Origin: Thermodesulfobacteriota bacterium
Lineage (GTDB): Bacteria > Desulfobacterota > Desulfobacteria > Desulfobacterales > SURF-7
NCBI GenBank assembly: GCA_049320885.1
Contig: JBMORA010000045.1
Span: forward strand, 1 to 64,000
Length of the DNA stretch: 64,000 bases
Direction of reading: 5' to 3'
Position numbers and translations under genes: made by a program. Under the pieces are notes generated by a model that was not told where the DNA came from, made no database searches, and saw only the letters and a list, made by a program, of their open reading frames with translations. Below, piece after piece: positions 31,485-40,952 of this stretch; position 1 is the first letter of the stretch, and each line of letters starts with the position of its first letter.

Positions 31485-33455
31485 ATGGAAAAAAAAGAAA
31501 AGGACTCCACGAAGGAGCCCGCCATCAAAGACCTGACCACCTGTGACGCCACGGCGCAGATGGTGGCCAAGGCCAGAAGGGACGGCGTGGAATTGCATTT
31601 CGACCGCGCCGCCAATATGAAGGCCTGTCCCATTGGAGCGGACTCGGCCTGTTGCAAGCACTGTTCCATGGGGCCTTGCCGACTGAACGCCAAGGATCCC
31701 TACTCCAAGGTCGGTGTCTGCGGCGCCACCATTGACACCATCATGGCCCGAAATTTCGGCCGCATGGTTGCAGCGGGTTCCGCGGCCCACACGGACCACG
31801 GCATGGGAATGCTGGATCTGTTCCGGGAAGTGGTCAACGGCCACATTCTGGATTACAAGATCAAGGATCCCAACAAGCTCATGGAGGTGGCCAAATCCAT
31901 CGGCATCGAAACCGAGGATCGGGAATTGGAGGCCGTCGCCAAGGATCTGTACAGCGAGCTGGAACGGACCTACACCCAGGTGGAAGGAGAAATCCCCTTC
32001 ATGAAGCGGGTTCCTCCGAAAACCCTGGAAACCTGGAGGAAACTCGGGATCGTTCCCCGGGGCGCCATGCGGGAGGTCATGGAAATGATTCACCGCACGG
32101 CCATCGGCGTGGACCAGCATTACGAGAATATCACCCGCCAGGCCAGCCGCACGGCCCTTTCGGACGGCTGGGGCGGTTCCATGGTCTCCACGGAAATTTC
32201 CGATATTCTTTACGGCACGCCTTCGCCGGTGGCGGTGGAAGTCAACATGGGCGTATTGAAGGAAGATCAGGTCAACATCATCGTGCATGGCCACGAACCC
32301 AACCTGTTCGAATCCATGCTCGAATCGGTGAACGAACCGACGCTGCTCGAGGCCGCCCGCAAGGCCGGCGCCAAAGGCATCAACCTGGTGGGCATGTGCT
32401 GTTCCGGAGCGGAAGTCATGGTCCGGCATGGAATACCCCATGCCGGGAATTTCTCGTCCACCGAGGCGGTGCTGGTGACCGGCGCAGTGGACGCCATGAC
32501 CGTGGACATCCAGTGCATCAAGCAGGGACTAGCCAAAGTGGCCGAATGCTACGGAACCCCCCTGATCACCACCAACCGGCGTTGCCGGATCGAGGGGGCC
32601 GAGCATATCGAGCTGCATGAACACGATCCCAAGGCCTGCACCGACGAGGTCGTGATCAAGGCCATCTCCCGGTTTAAAAACCGCACGCATCCGGTGGAAA
32701 TACCCAAGCAGGTCAACCCCGGAGTTCACGGATTCTCCTACGAGTACATCAATTACATGCTCGGCGGAAGCTTCCGGGGCAGCTACACCCCCTTGAACGA
32801 CAACATCATCAATGGTCGGATCCGGGGTGTGGCCGGCGTGGTGGGCTGCACCAACCCGCGGGTGAAGCAGGATTACGTTCACGTGGAACTGGTCAAGGAA
32901 TTGATCAAGAACGATGTGCTGGTGCTCCAGACCGGATGCTCCCAGATCGCTCTGGCCAAGGCCGGCCTGACGACCCCGGAAGCGGCGGTTTTCGCCGGCC
33001 CGGGTCTCAAGGAAGTGTGCGAGGCCGTGGGCATGCCCCCGGTACTGGGCCTGGGCTCTTGCGTGGACAACAGCCGCATTCTGATCGCGGCCTCGGAGAT
33101 GGTTCGGACCGGAGGGCTCGGTGATAGTCTGGCCGACCTGCCGGTGGCCGGGGCGGCCCCCGAATGGATGAGCGAGAAAGCCATCGCCATCGGCCAGTAT
33201 TTCGTGGCGTCGGGGGTGTTCACGGTGTTCGGGGTCACCTTTCCCATCACCGAGAACACCAAGTTCCATAAGCTCCTGTTCGCAGGCCTGGAGGAACAGG
33301 GCCTCGGCAAATGGGGGTTCTCGCCCGATCCCTATGAAATGGCGAGGATGATGATCGCCCATATCGACAAGAAGCGGAAACAACTGGGCATCGACAAGAC
33401 CAGGGAAAGAACCCTGGTGGACATGGCCGACCGCCGCGCCATCGAAGCGGCGTAA
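31485..33455 (+). CDS. cooS: Anaerobic [Ni-Fe] carbon monoxide dehydrogenase catalytic subunit
   Basis: D/B-cluster CPIGADSACCKHCSMGPC; C-cluster ligands HGHEP, MCCSG, DIQC, GCTN, TGCS, GSCVDNSR; SEKA. Confidence 0.96.
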   Translation: MEKKEKDSTKEPAIKDLTTCDATAQMVAKARRDGVELHFDRAANMKACPIGADSACCKHCSMGPCRLNAKDPYSKVGVCGATIDTIMARNFGRMVAAGSAAHTDHGMGMLDLFREVVNGHILDYKIKDPNKLMEVAKSIGIETEDRELEAVAKDLYSELERTYTQVEGEIPFMKRVPPKTLETWRKLGIVPRGAMREVMEMIHRTAIGVDQHYENITRQASRTALSDGWGGSMVSTEISDILYGTPSPVAVEVNMGVLKEDQVNIIVHGHEPNLFESMLESVNEPTLLEAARKAGAKGINLVGMCCSGAEVMVRHGIPHAGNFSSTEAVLVTGAVDAMTVDIQCIKQGLAKVAECYGTPLITTNRRCRIEGAEHIELHEHDPKACTDEVVIKAISRFKNRTHPVEIPKQVNPGVHGFSYEYINYMLGGSFRGSYTPLNDNIINGRIRGVAGVVGCTNPRVKQDYVHVELVKELIKNDVLVLQTGCSQIALAKAGLTTPEAAVFAGPGLKEVCEAVGMPPVLGLGSCVDNSRILIAASEMVRTGGLGDSLADLPVAGAAPEWMSEKAIAIGQYFVASGVFTVFGVTFPITENTKFHKLLFAGLEEQGLGKWGFSPDPYEMARMMIAHIDKKRKQLGIDKTRERTLVDMADRRAIEAA

Positions 33456-33464
33456 CTCTCCCCC

Positions 33465-33502
33465 GGGGCTGCGGTTCCTTTTGCACCGCAGCCCCTTTTT
33501 TT
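33465..33502 (+). terminator. Intrinsic terminator after cooS
   Basis: GGGGCTGCGGT-loop-ACCGCAGCCCC (11-bp stem) followed by T7. Confidence 0.85.
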
Positions 33503-33540
33503 ATTCGGTCTTATACGACCTATGGGCTTCGATTCTCCCC

Positions 33541-35208
33541 TTATGCCTTGCCCTGGTAGAGATCCTTGTGGATCGCCCGAATTTCCTTTTTATTGAATTT
33601 GCCGACGCTGGTTTTGGGGATGGCATCCACGAACAGCACGGCCTCGGGAAGCTGCCATTTGGCGAATTTGGCCGCCAGATGGGTGATGATGTCCTCGCGG
33701 GTGACCTTGTCCTTGAACTCGGCGCGCGGCACCACCAGGGCCACGGGCCTTTCCTCCCATTTCGGATGAACCAGACCGGTAACGGCCGCTTCCAGGACGG
33801 CCGGATGGGCCATGATTTCATTTTCCATGTCCACCGAGGAGATCCACTCCCCGCCGCTCTTGATCAAATCCTTGACCCGGTCGGTGATCTTGATGTACCC
33901 CTCCGCGTCGATGGTGCCGGCGTCGCCGCTTTTCCAGTAACCGTCCTCCGTGAATTGGGCCTCGGAACCAGGTGCATTGTAATAGGAGGCCGTGATCCAG
34001 GGCCCGCGGATCAGGATTTCCCCCGGCGACTTGCCGTCATGGGGGACCTCCTTGCCGAATGAATCGACGATCTTCACATCAAGGCCGACCACCGCATATC
34101 CCTGTTTGCGCTTGATGTCCCATTTCTGTTCATCGGTCATCTCTTTCTCCATCCAGGGCTTGAGACGGTTGATGGTCACCAGGGGTGTGGTTTCCGTGGC
34201 GCCGTATGCGTGAATGATCTCCGCTCCCGTCAGGGATTTATACCCCTTCATCAGGCTGAGGGACGGTTCCGATGCTCCGGACAGAAAGCGCGCCCCCGTA
34301 AGGTCCGGTTTTTCCGTGAGGCCCTTGATGTATTCCAGCATGGGCATGAACAAGGCCGGGGCGCCGGCGCTGACGGTCACTTTCTCGTCCACCAGCGGTT
34401 TGGCCAGCGAACCGAGATCGGCGATGTTATACATGCCAGGAAGCACATATTTGGCGCCCACCAGAACGGTCGCATGGGGCATTCCCCATCCCAGGGCGTG
34501 AAACATGGGCACCAGCTGATAAAAACAGTCCCGGTTGGAGATTTCCGTGTTGCAGGCGATGGTCATGGCGTGGAGATACACATCCCGATGGGAGTAATAC
34601 ACCCCCTTGGGTTTGCCGGTGGTGCCGGTGGTGTAACAGGCGCCGTAAGCGGAGGTTTCATCCAGCACCGGCCACCTTATTTCCGGTTTCTCGGCCGCCA
34701 GCAGTTCCTCGTAGCTGTAAAGCGGCGCCAGTTTCGTCTTGATGTCGGCCAGGGGCTTGTCCGTCATGACGATAAATCCCTTGACCGTGGTGAGCGATGG
34801 CGCCACGGCCTCCACCAGGGGCAGGAGGGTTTCGTCCACAAAGATGAATTTGGTTTCGGCGTGGTTGATGACAAAGGTCAAATCCACCGGCGACAAGCGG
34901 ATATTCAACAGCAGCATCACGGCCCCGGTCCCCGGGATTCCGAAATAAGCCTCGAAATGCCGGTGGGAATTCCAGTCCATGACGCCGATCCGGTCCCCCA
35001 CCTGGGCGCCGATGGTTTTCAGGGCGCAACCCAGTTGTTTCACCCGATCATAGGCCTCGACATAGGTATACCGGAACTCCCCTTTCAGTTTTTTGGCCAC
35101 GATCTCCTGTTTGCCAAAACTGCGCGCGGCATGACGCAGCAGATTGATGACATTGAGCTGATACTGATTCTGCGATGTGGATGGGAACCCTTTGATGATG
35201 TCAACCAT
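33541..35208 (-). CDS. Medium/long-chain fatty-acid--CoA ligase (AlkK/DmdB-like)
   Basis: YTTGTTGKPKG, YGATET, GD, DRVKDLIKSGGEWISS, PKTSVGK. Confidence 0.92.
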   Translation of the reverse strand: MVDIIKGFPSTSQNQYQLNVINLLRHAARSFGKQEIVAKKLKGEFRYTYVEAYDRVKQLGCALKTIGAQVGDRIGVMDWNSHRHFEAYFGIPGTGAVMLLLNIRLSPVDLTFVINHAETKFIFVDETLLPLVEAVAPSLTTVKGFIVMTDKPLADIKTKLAPLYSYEELLAAEKPEIRWPVLDETSAYGACYTTGTTGKPKGVYYSHRDVYLHAMTIACNTEISNRDCFYQLVPMFHALGWGMPHATVLVGAKYVLPGMYNIADLGSLAKPLVDEKVTVSAGAPALFMPMLEYIKGLTEKPDLTGARFLSGASEPSLSLMKGYKSLTGAEIIHAYGATETTPLVTINRLKPWMEKEMTDEQKWDIKRKQGYAVVGLDVKIVDSFGKEVPHDGKSPGEILIRGPWITASYYNAPGSEAQFTEDGYWKSGDAGTIDAEGYIKITDRVKDLIKSGGEWISSVDMENEIMAHPAVLEAAVTGLVHPKWEERPVALVVPRAEFKDKVTREDIITHLAAKFAKWQLPEAVLFVDAIPKTSVGKFNKKEIRAIHKDLYQGKA

Positions 35209-35568
35209 TTTTTCCTCCTCTTGCTGTTGGGATGCAGGGAAAAAACCTTAGAAGTGAATGTGGCGGCCGATGTATCTGAGAACCTCCCGTTTTCCGTCGG
35301 TGATGGGGAACGGGTAACGCCTTTTCCGGTTCGGTCGCGAAACCGTTGGAAAACCGGGGGCGCTTCCCCTTGATTTACTTGTGACAAGTTTTTCATTTTT
35401 TTTCAAGTCTCCATTTTTTCTTACGGTTTAAAGCGAAATTCCATTGACAAACTCACCATATGAATCTAATAAGAGTCCAAAGAATATAGACTTCTATTGA
35501 ATTCAGCGTATTAGTGCGTCCATATTCGCCATATTTCCCGATGAATCCGTAGCACAGGATAATCCTCC

Positions 35569-36627
35569 ATGCCCGGCTCAACGAAAATCGCCGGTGTCGG
35601 CGTATATGTGCCTTTGCGGAAGATAACCAACGAATATGTCCTGAACAGGCTCGTTGCGGAAAGCAGCGGTTATCTCAACCGGGAGGATCTCGCCAGAATC
35701 ATTGAAAAAGCCGAAGGCAAAATGGCCAAGGCCGGCTGCAGCGTGCGCTACTGGTGCGAACCGGACGAATACGGCACCGATATCGCCCTGAAGGCCGCGC
35801 GCCTTGCCCTGTCCGATGCCGGACTGGAAGCCCCGGACATCGACTACATTCTGTATACGGGGATGTCCAAAGCCTTTGTGGAGCCGGCCACGGCCCATGT
35901 ATTGCGGCACGAACTCGGGGCCGTCCGCGCCAATGTCATCGACACCCAGGACGCCTGCGCCAGCTTCGTCAAATCCGTCCAGATCGGCGACAGCCTCATC
36001 CGCAACGGGATCTGCCGGCGGATCCTGATCGTCTGCGGCGAGCGGACCTTCGACTGGGCGGATTTCTGCTGCAAAACCATCGACGAACTGAGCTGGAAAT
36101 TCGGCAGCCTGACCATCGGCGACGCCGCGGGAGCGGTGGTCCTGGAAGCCACCGACGAACCGCTGTACACCCGGGACGGATATCATTTCGACTATTCCCA
36201 TGTCATCAAAAGCGGCACCTATGCCTACTGTCACATCGGCCTCAATCACCGGCTGGGAACCCGCTATAAACTGCACTCCCACTCCGGCGCGCTTTTCAAA
36301 ACCGTGACCGAGGCGGGCTGGGAATTGGTCACGGGCCGGATGCAGGCGGATGAAAACTGGGTCCGGCAGCGCCTGGACCAGGTGTTCTTTCACGACATCG
36401 GCAATTATATCGCGGAGTTCATTTTCCCCACCTTCCGGCCCCTCTTTCCGGAAGCCCCCCACCGCTATCTGTCCTATTTCGCCGGTTACGGCAACGTCGC
36501 CTCGGCCAGTTTCCCCTTAAGCCTGCACCTGGCCCGGGAAAACGGCAGTCTCCAGCGGGGCCACCGGGTGATGTTCGTCTGTCCGGCGGCCGGCGCCCAG
36601 ATCGGCATCATGACCTTTGTATATTGA
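35569..36627 (+). CDS. KAS III/OleA-like thiolase-fold condensing enzyme
   Basis: EPATA, DACASF (catalytic Cys), GSLTIGDAAGA, FFHDIG, YGNVASAS. Confidence 0.82.
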   Translation: MPGSTKIAGVGVYVPLRKITNEYVLNRLVAESSGYLNREDLARIIEKAEGKMAKAGCSVRYWCEPDEYGTDIALKAARLALSDAGLEAPDIDYILYTGMSKAFVEPATAHVLRHELGAVRANVIDTQDACASFVKSVQIGDSLIRNGICRRILIVCGERTFDWADFCCKTIDELSWKFGSLTIGDAAGAVVLEATDEPLYTRDGYHFDYSHVIKSGTYAYCHIGLNHRLGTRYKLHSHSGALFKTVTEAGWELVTGRMQADENWVRQRLDQVFFHDIGNYIAEFIFPTFRPLFPEAPHRYLSYFAGYGNVASASFPLSLHLARENGSLQRGHRVMFVCPAAGAQIGIMTFVY

Positions 36628-37933
36628 CCATGTTCTTTTGAAACAACACTTTCATCAGAGTCCCCTCGCCGGGCTTGCTGTGCACTTCGATCCGTCCCTG
36701 ATGGGCGTCCATGATGGTCTTGCACAGACTCAGACCGAATCCGTAGCCCCCGGTGGCCCGGGACCGGGAGGGATCGCCCCGGTAAAACGGCTCGAAAATG
36801 AAGGGCAGGTCCGCTTCCGGGATGCCGCAACCGTAATCCCGGACGGCCACGGCGGCTTCCGCCGGATCCGGCTCCACCGTGACACTGACGGCCGGACCGT
36901 CCGGGGCTGAATGCTTGACGGCGTTGTTCAGGATATTGCGCAGCACGATGGCGACCAGGTCCGCGTCGATGTCGAGAACCAACCGGGCGGTCAAAGGCTC
37001 AGCCTCAACAGACGGGCGGGCGTTCCGGTATTCCCGGACCACGGCGGCCACCAAGTCACCGAGATCCGTCGGTCTGCGCCGGATCCGGCCCTGGGCATGA
37101 CGGATGCGGGCTTCCTCCAGGATCGTGGCGGTCATCAATTCCATTTCCTGGACATCTTCCCGGAGACTCTCCCTGGCGGGGTCCTCCGGCATCAGGGCGA
37201 GGGCCACCTTCATCCGGGTCAGGGGGGTCCGCAATTCATGGCTCACATCCAGGAGCAGCCGGTTTCTTGCCTGAATCATCCCCCTGATCCGGCCGACCAT
37301 GTCGTTGAAGGCATGGATCAGTTCTCCCAGCTCATCGGAGCGCCGGCCGTCGATGCGGTGGTCCAGATTGCCGGCGCTCACCTGTCCGACCCCTTCGTGC
37401 AGCCAGGTGACCGGCCGGAGAATCCAGCGGATCACGGCATAGGCCGCGGCGATCAGCGCCGACAACAGCAGAATCAGCAAACCAAGGTGGACATAGCCCA
37501 TCCAGTCGAATCCGGAATCCTTCCCCAGCATGAACGTGAATTCGGCGCCGTCGCGGCGAACGCGGATCATCCTGCGGCCATGATGCGCCCGGATGCTGAC
37601 ATCCCGGTCCCTATAAACGGTCCGCCAGCGATGAAAGGGAGCTGTTTCCATCGAATCGGAAGTGGACCAGGCGTAACCGGGACCGCTGTAGGAAATCTGC
37701 AGCAGGTAACGGCGGGACATCTCCCGGGCTTTCTCCAGGCTGGGCCGCGGGCCGAGTTCCTGAACCAGGTAGCGGACGTAATTGGCGGAATTGCGCAGGT
37801 AGGGTTCCCGGCCGGCGCGGAAGATATGGTGCAGAAAAAAACCGCCCGCCAGCAGGTTGACGCCGATGCCCGTTACCACCAGCACCACCATCAAGCGGCT
37901 GAAAACGGAGCTAAGCAGTTTTCGGTTCCCCAT
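36608..37933 (-). CDS. Sensor histidine kinase (CpxA-like; HAMP, HisKA, HATPase)
   Basis: Two TM segments, RSDELG, VSHELRTPL, SRSRATGGYGFGL; start placed at ATG 37933. Confidence 0.9.
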   Translation of the reverse strand: MGNRKLLSSVFSRLMVVLVVTGIGVNLLAGGFFLHHIFRAGREPYLRNSANYVRYLVQELGPRPSLEKAREMSRRYLLQISYSGPGYAWSTSDSMETAPFHRWRTVYRDRDVSIRAHHGRRMIRVRRDGAEFTFMLGKDSGFDWMGYVHLGLLILLLSALIAAAYAVIRWILRPVTWLHEGVGQVSAGNLDHRIDGRRSDELGELIHAFNDMVGRIRGMIQARNRLLLDVSHELRTPLTRMKVALALMPEDPARESLREDVQEMELMTATILEEARIRHAQGRIRRRPTDLGDLVAAVVREYRNARPSVEAEPLTARLVLDIDADLVAIVLRNILNNAVKHSAPDGPAVSVTVEPDPAEAAVAVRDYGCGIPEADLPFIFEPFYRGDPSRSRATGGYGFGLSLCKTIMDAHQGRIEVHSKPGEGTLMKVLFQKNMVNIQRS

Positions 37934-38630
37934 GATGGTCGGCGGCCTCCCCGGGATCGATGAACACATAGCCGGCACCCCAAACGGTTTTGATGAAGAC
38001 CGGCGCCTTGGGGTCATCCCCCAGTTTTTGCCGCAACCGGCTCATGGTGATATCCACCGAGCGGTTGAAGGCGTCGCAATCCATGCCCCGCAGGGCCTGG
38101 AGGATACTGTCCCGATCCATGACCTTGCCGGGCCGGGCCGTCAGCAGGACAAGCGCGGTGAATTCGTTGGTCGTCAGCGGGAGCAGATTCCCGTTCAGCC
38201 GTGCTTCCCGCCTTGCCGGATCCACGGACAGGGGGCCGAACCGGCGGACAGGTTCCGGCTCCTGTTTTCCGTAGCGCCGCAGGACACTGTGAATCCTGGC
38301 CGCCAGCTCGCGCGGTTCGAAAGGCTTCGGCAGATAATCATCGGCGCCGAGTTCCAGGCCCACCACGCGGTCCGTCCAATCCCCCCGGGCCGTGAGCATG
38401 ATGATGGGCACCTTGCTCCGGCCGCGAATCCGTTTGCAGACTTCAAAACCGTTCATATCCGGCAGCATGACATCCAGGATGATCAGATCCGGCGGGTCCT
38501 TCTCGATCTTCCGGAGCCCTTCCACGGGATGGATCGCCGTCATGACGCGAAATCCGAAATTCGATAGATATTCCTCCAGCAGCCGGTTCAATTTCGGGTC
38601 ATCGTCGATGATCAGCAGCTTCGGTTGCAT
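37911..38630 (-). CDS. OmpR/CpxR-family response regulator
   Basis: LDVMLP, LTARG, GADDYLPKPF; winged helix RSVD...RLRQKL...KTVWGAGY. Confidence 0.94.
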   Translation of the reverse strand: MQPKLLIIDDDPKLNRLLEEYLSNFGFRVMTAIHPVEGLRKIEKDPPDLIILDVMLPDMNGFEVCKRIRGRSKVPIIMLTARGDWTDRVVGLELGADDYLPKPFEPRELAARIHSVLRRYGKQEPEPVRRFGPLSVDPARREARLNGNLLPLTTNEFTALVLLTARPGKVMDRDSILQALRGMDCDAFNRSVDITMSRLRQKLGDDPKAPVFIKTVWGAGYVFIDPGEAADHHGEPKTA

Positions 38631-38682
38631 ATCTTGCTCCGGCCATCGGGGCGCCGGATCACACCGGCGCCCCGAATCCCGA

Positions 38683-39123
38683 TCACTCGGCGCCGCAGTG
38701 CAGCTTCCGCAGTGATTCCAGTTTCTCGACCAGTTGTTGTTTCTGTTCCACCGTCAGGGTTTTATGGAAATCCGCCAATCGGGACACCGCAAGGGATATC
38801 AGCCCGTCGATTTCCGTCCGGACGCCCGCGATGGCCTCCAGAACCCGTTCCTGATCCATGACCTCGGCGCCGATCTGGGCCATGATTTCCTCCCGGGCCC
38901 GCCGGTGGGCCGAGCGCATGCTCTTCAGATCGACCAGGATGTCGGCCTTGGAGTCGTCCAGGATTTCCTGCTGCTCCGGCGTCAGGTTCAGGTCATCGAA
39001 GAGGAACTCCATAACCCGGTCCATCTTCTGCTCCGGCGTGGCATGATGCCGGCATCCGGCCGCCGCGGCGGCCAGGATCGCCAATACCGCGATCCCCGTC
39101 ATGATCCATTTCTTGTTTGCCAT
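38683..39123 (-). CDS. Spy/CpxP-family periplasmic (lipo)protein
   Basis: Signal ending AAAGC; LNLTPEQQ and LTVEQK (LTxxQ) motifs; GGAGG RBS. Confidence 0.85.
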   Translation of the reverse strand: MANKKWIMTGIAVLAILAAAAAGCRHHATPEQKMDRVMEFLFDDLNLTPEQQEILDDSKADILVDLKSMRSAHRRAREEIMAQIGAEVMDQERVLEAIAGVRTEIDGLISLAVSRLADFHKTLTVEQKQQLVEKLESLRKLHCGAE

Positions 39124-39224
39124 AAAGCCTCCTTTCATGTTCCATCTGTTGCTGTTCAGCGCCTGTCCATCGGCGCTCTTGGTTTCCAGGATAGAACAGT
39201 CGGGAGGCGATTGCTTTTCCGGTC

Positions 39225-39250
39225 TGTAACGCTTTGTATCAATTTGTAAC
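39225..39250 (-). promoter_or_regulatory. OmpR-family tandem direct-repeat operator
   Basis: TGTAAC/TGTATC/TGTAAC at a 10-bp period (39225, 39235, 39245) upstream of the Spy-RR-HK operon. Confidence 0.65.
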
Positions 39251-39288
39251 ATCTTCAGCTATCGGTTGGAGATGGTACCCACCGGCTT

Positions 39289-40104
39289 TCAGTTTTTCGC
39301 CTTTTTATAGTACCCCACGGCCTCCGGAAGATGCTCCTTGATTTTCCGGATCCGGGTCTCGTCCGACGGATGGGTGCTCAAAAATTCCGGCGGCTTGCCG
39401 CCGCCCGAACCGCCGGACATTCTGGTCCAGAAATCCACGGCTGCCTGGGGGTCGTATCCGGCCATGGCCATGAAGATCAATCCCAGGCGGTCGGCCTCGC
39501 CTTCGTGCAGCCGGCTATAGGGCAGAATCACCCCCACCTGGGAGCCCGCGCCGTAGGCGGTCATCCATAGCTGGCGGGTTTCTTCCGGCTTGTTGGCCAT
39601 GGCCGTGGAAAGGGCCACGCCGCCCAGCTGCACCAGAACTCCCTGGCTCATGCGCTCATCGCCGTGCCGGGCCACCGCATGGGCGATTTCATGTCCCATC
39701 ACCACGGCCAGACCGGTTTCGTCCTTTGCAATGGGCAGGATTCCGGAATATACCACCACTTTCCCGCCGGGCATGCACCAGGCGTTCACTTCCTTGCTTT
39801 CCACCAGGTTGAATTCCCAGGCATATCCCTTCAACAAATGGGACAATTTTTCTTGCGCCATGTAGCGCTCCACCGCGCTCTGAATTTTTTTCCCCACATT
39901 CCGGACCATCTTCACCTGCTTTTCGTCCTTGCTGACCGCATTGGACTTCAGGAACTCGCCGTATTGCTGGTAGCTCATGGACATCATGGTCGAGGCAGGC
40001 ACCAGATCGAGCTGCGTCCTTCCGGTCAACGGAACGGTGCTGCAGGCTGCCGCGAGGAACAGCCCCGGAAACAACAAGACCGTACGGAGAAATTTGGTGC
40101 TCAT
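39289..40104 (-). CDS. M48-family metallopeptidase lipoprotein
   Basis: LAAAC lipobox, NAWCMPGGK, GHEIAH, EADRLG, LSTHP. Confidence 0.93.
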   Translation of the reverse strand: MSTKFLRTVLLFPGLFLAAACSTVPLTGRTQLDLVPASTMMSMSYQQYGEFLKSNAVSKDEKQVKMVRNVGKKIQSAVERYMAQEKLSHLLKGYAWEFNLVESKEVNAWCMPGGKVVVYSGILPIAKDETGLAVVMGHEIAHAVARHGDERMSQGVLVQLGGVALSTAMANKPEETRQLWMTAYGAGSQVGVILPYSRLHEGEADRLGLIFMAMAGYDPQAAVDFWTRMSGGSGGGKPPEFLSTHPSDETRIRKIKEHLPEAVGYYKKAKN

Positions 40105-40385
40105 GTGCTGTCAACTCCTTTACCGCTATGATTTCATTTCATGCTGGTTGTCGGCTCACCGCCAGACTCTTATGTATCCAAGACAACGGCATTTGTAAAC
40201 CCGGACGCTCCCGAAGGGGCTGAAAAACCGTACGCGCCATCCCGGCGGTTTTTTCAAAAAAAATGCCGCGCGGAGCTTTACTTTTTCGATTTGATCATTG
40301 TGGTTCCATCCGGCGGAAGGTCGCCGGCGGCGGCTTTGTTTTATAAATACCACACGGTATCGATTTAATACACCTGTTTTACACG

Positions 40386-40752
40386 GGAAGGTGCCTCCTC
40401 TATCAAAAATCCAGGCCGGAGAACGCTCCGGGACACTGCGCGATGTATGTTTTTCGACCCATCACCTGCCGTCTTTTCGGTTTTTCCGTGACCCGGGATC
40501 GAATGGGCCGGGACAACCTTGCCGCCTGCCGAATCATCCGCCGGACCAGCTCCGCTCTTTTCGAAGCCGCCCGTTCATTTCAATCCGAAGCCCCTTGCTT
40601 GTCGGACATGGGGCTCCGCCTGTACTCCCTGGATCCGAATTCCGGTGACCGGTTGCTGCCCATCAACGAAGCCCTGGAGGCCGCCATCCGCCGCATGGGG
40701 CTGTACCTGCAGATATCCCATGGACGATTGCTGAGCGACCATACCGCAGCGT
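40386..40752 (+). pseudogene. 5'-truncated remnant of a YkgJ-family (CxxCxxCC) gene
   Basis: Frame reads GRCLLY...GHCAMYVFRPITCRLFGF. In-frame TAA at 40344, N-terminal Cys cluster absent, no stop of its own (runs into parA). Boundaries approximate. Confidence 0.6.
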
Positions 40753-40818
40753 ACGGAGGCAAAAACGGAATTCAAGATAAGAAACGAGGTCGATACAACA
40801 TATGGTATATCTTTACTA

Positions 40819-40847
40819 TTGACACACAATGGAGACCATATTACGGT
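40819..40847 (+). promoter_or_regulatory. Possible sigma70 promoter of the parA-CBM48 cassette
   Basis: TTGACA-N17-TACGGT in a locally AT-rich stretch. Confidence 0.4.
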
Positions 40848-40952
40848 ATCCCATCGGGTGATGTATTCAACAGCCGCGGCATCATCATCGGCCATTCCCC
40901 GGGCCGATGCAGACCGGTTTCAGCCGGAAGGACTCCACCAACCGGAGGCGCC

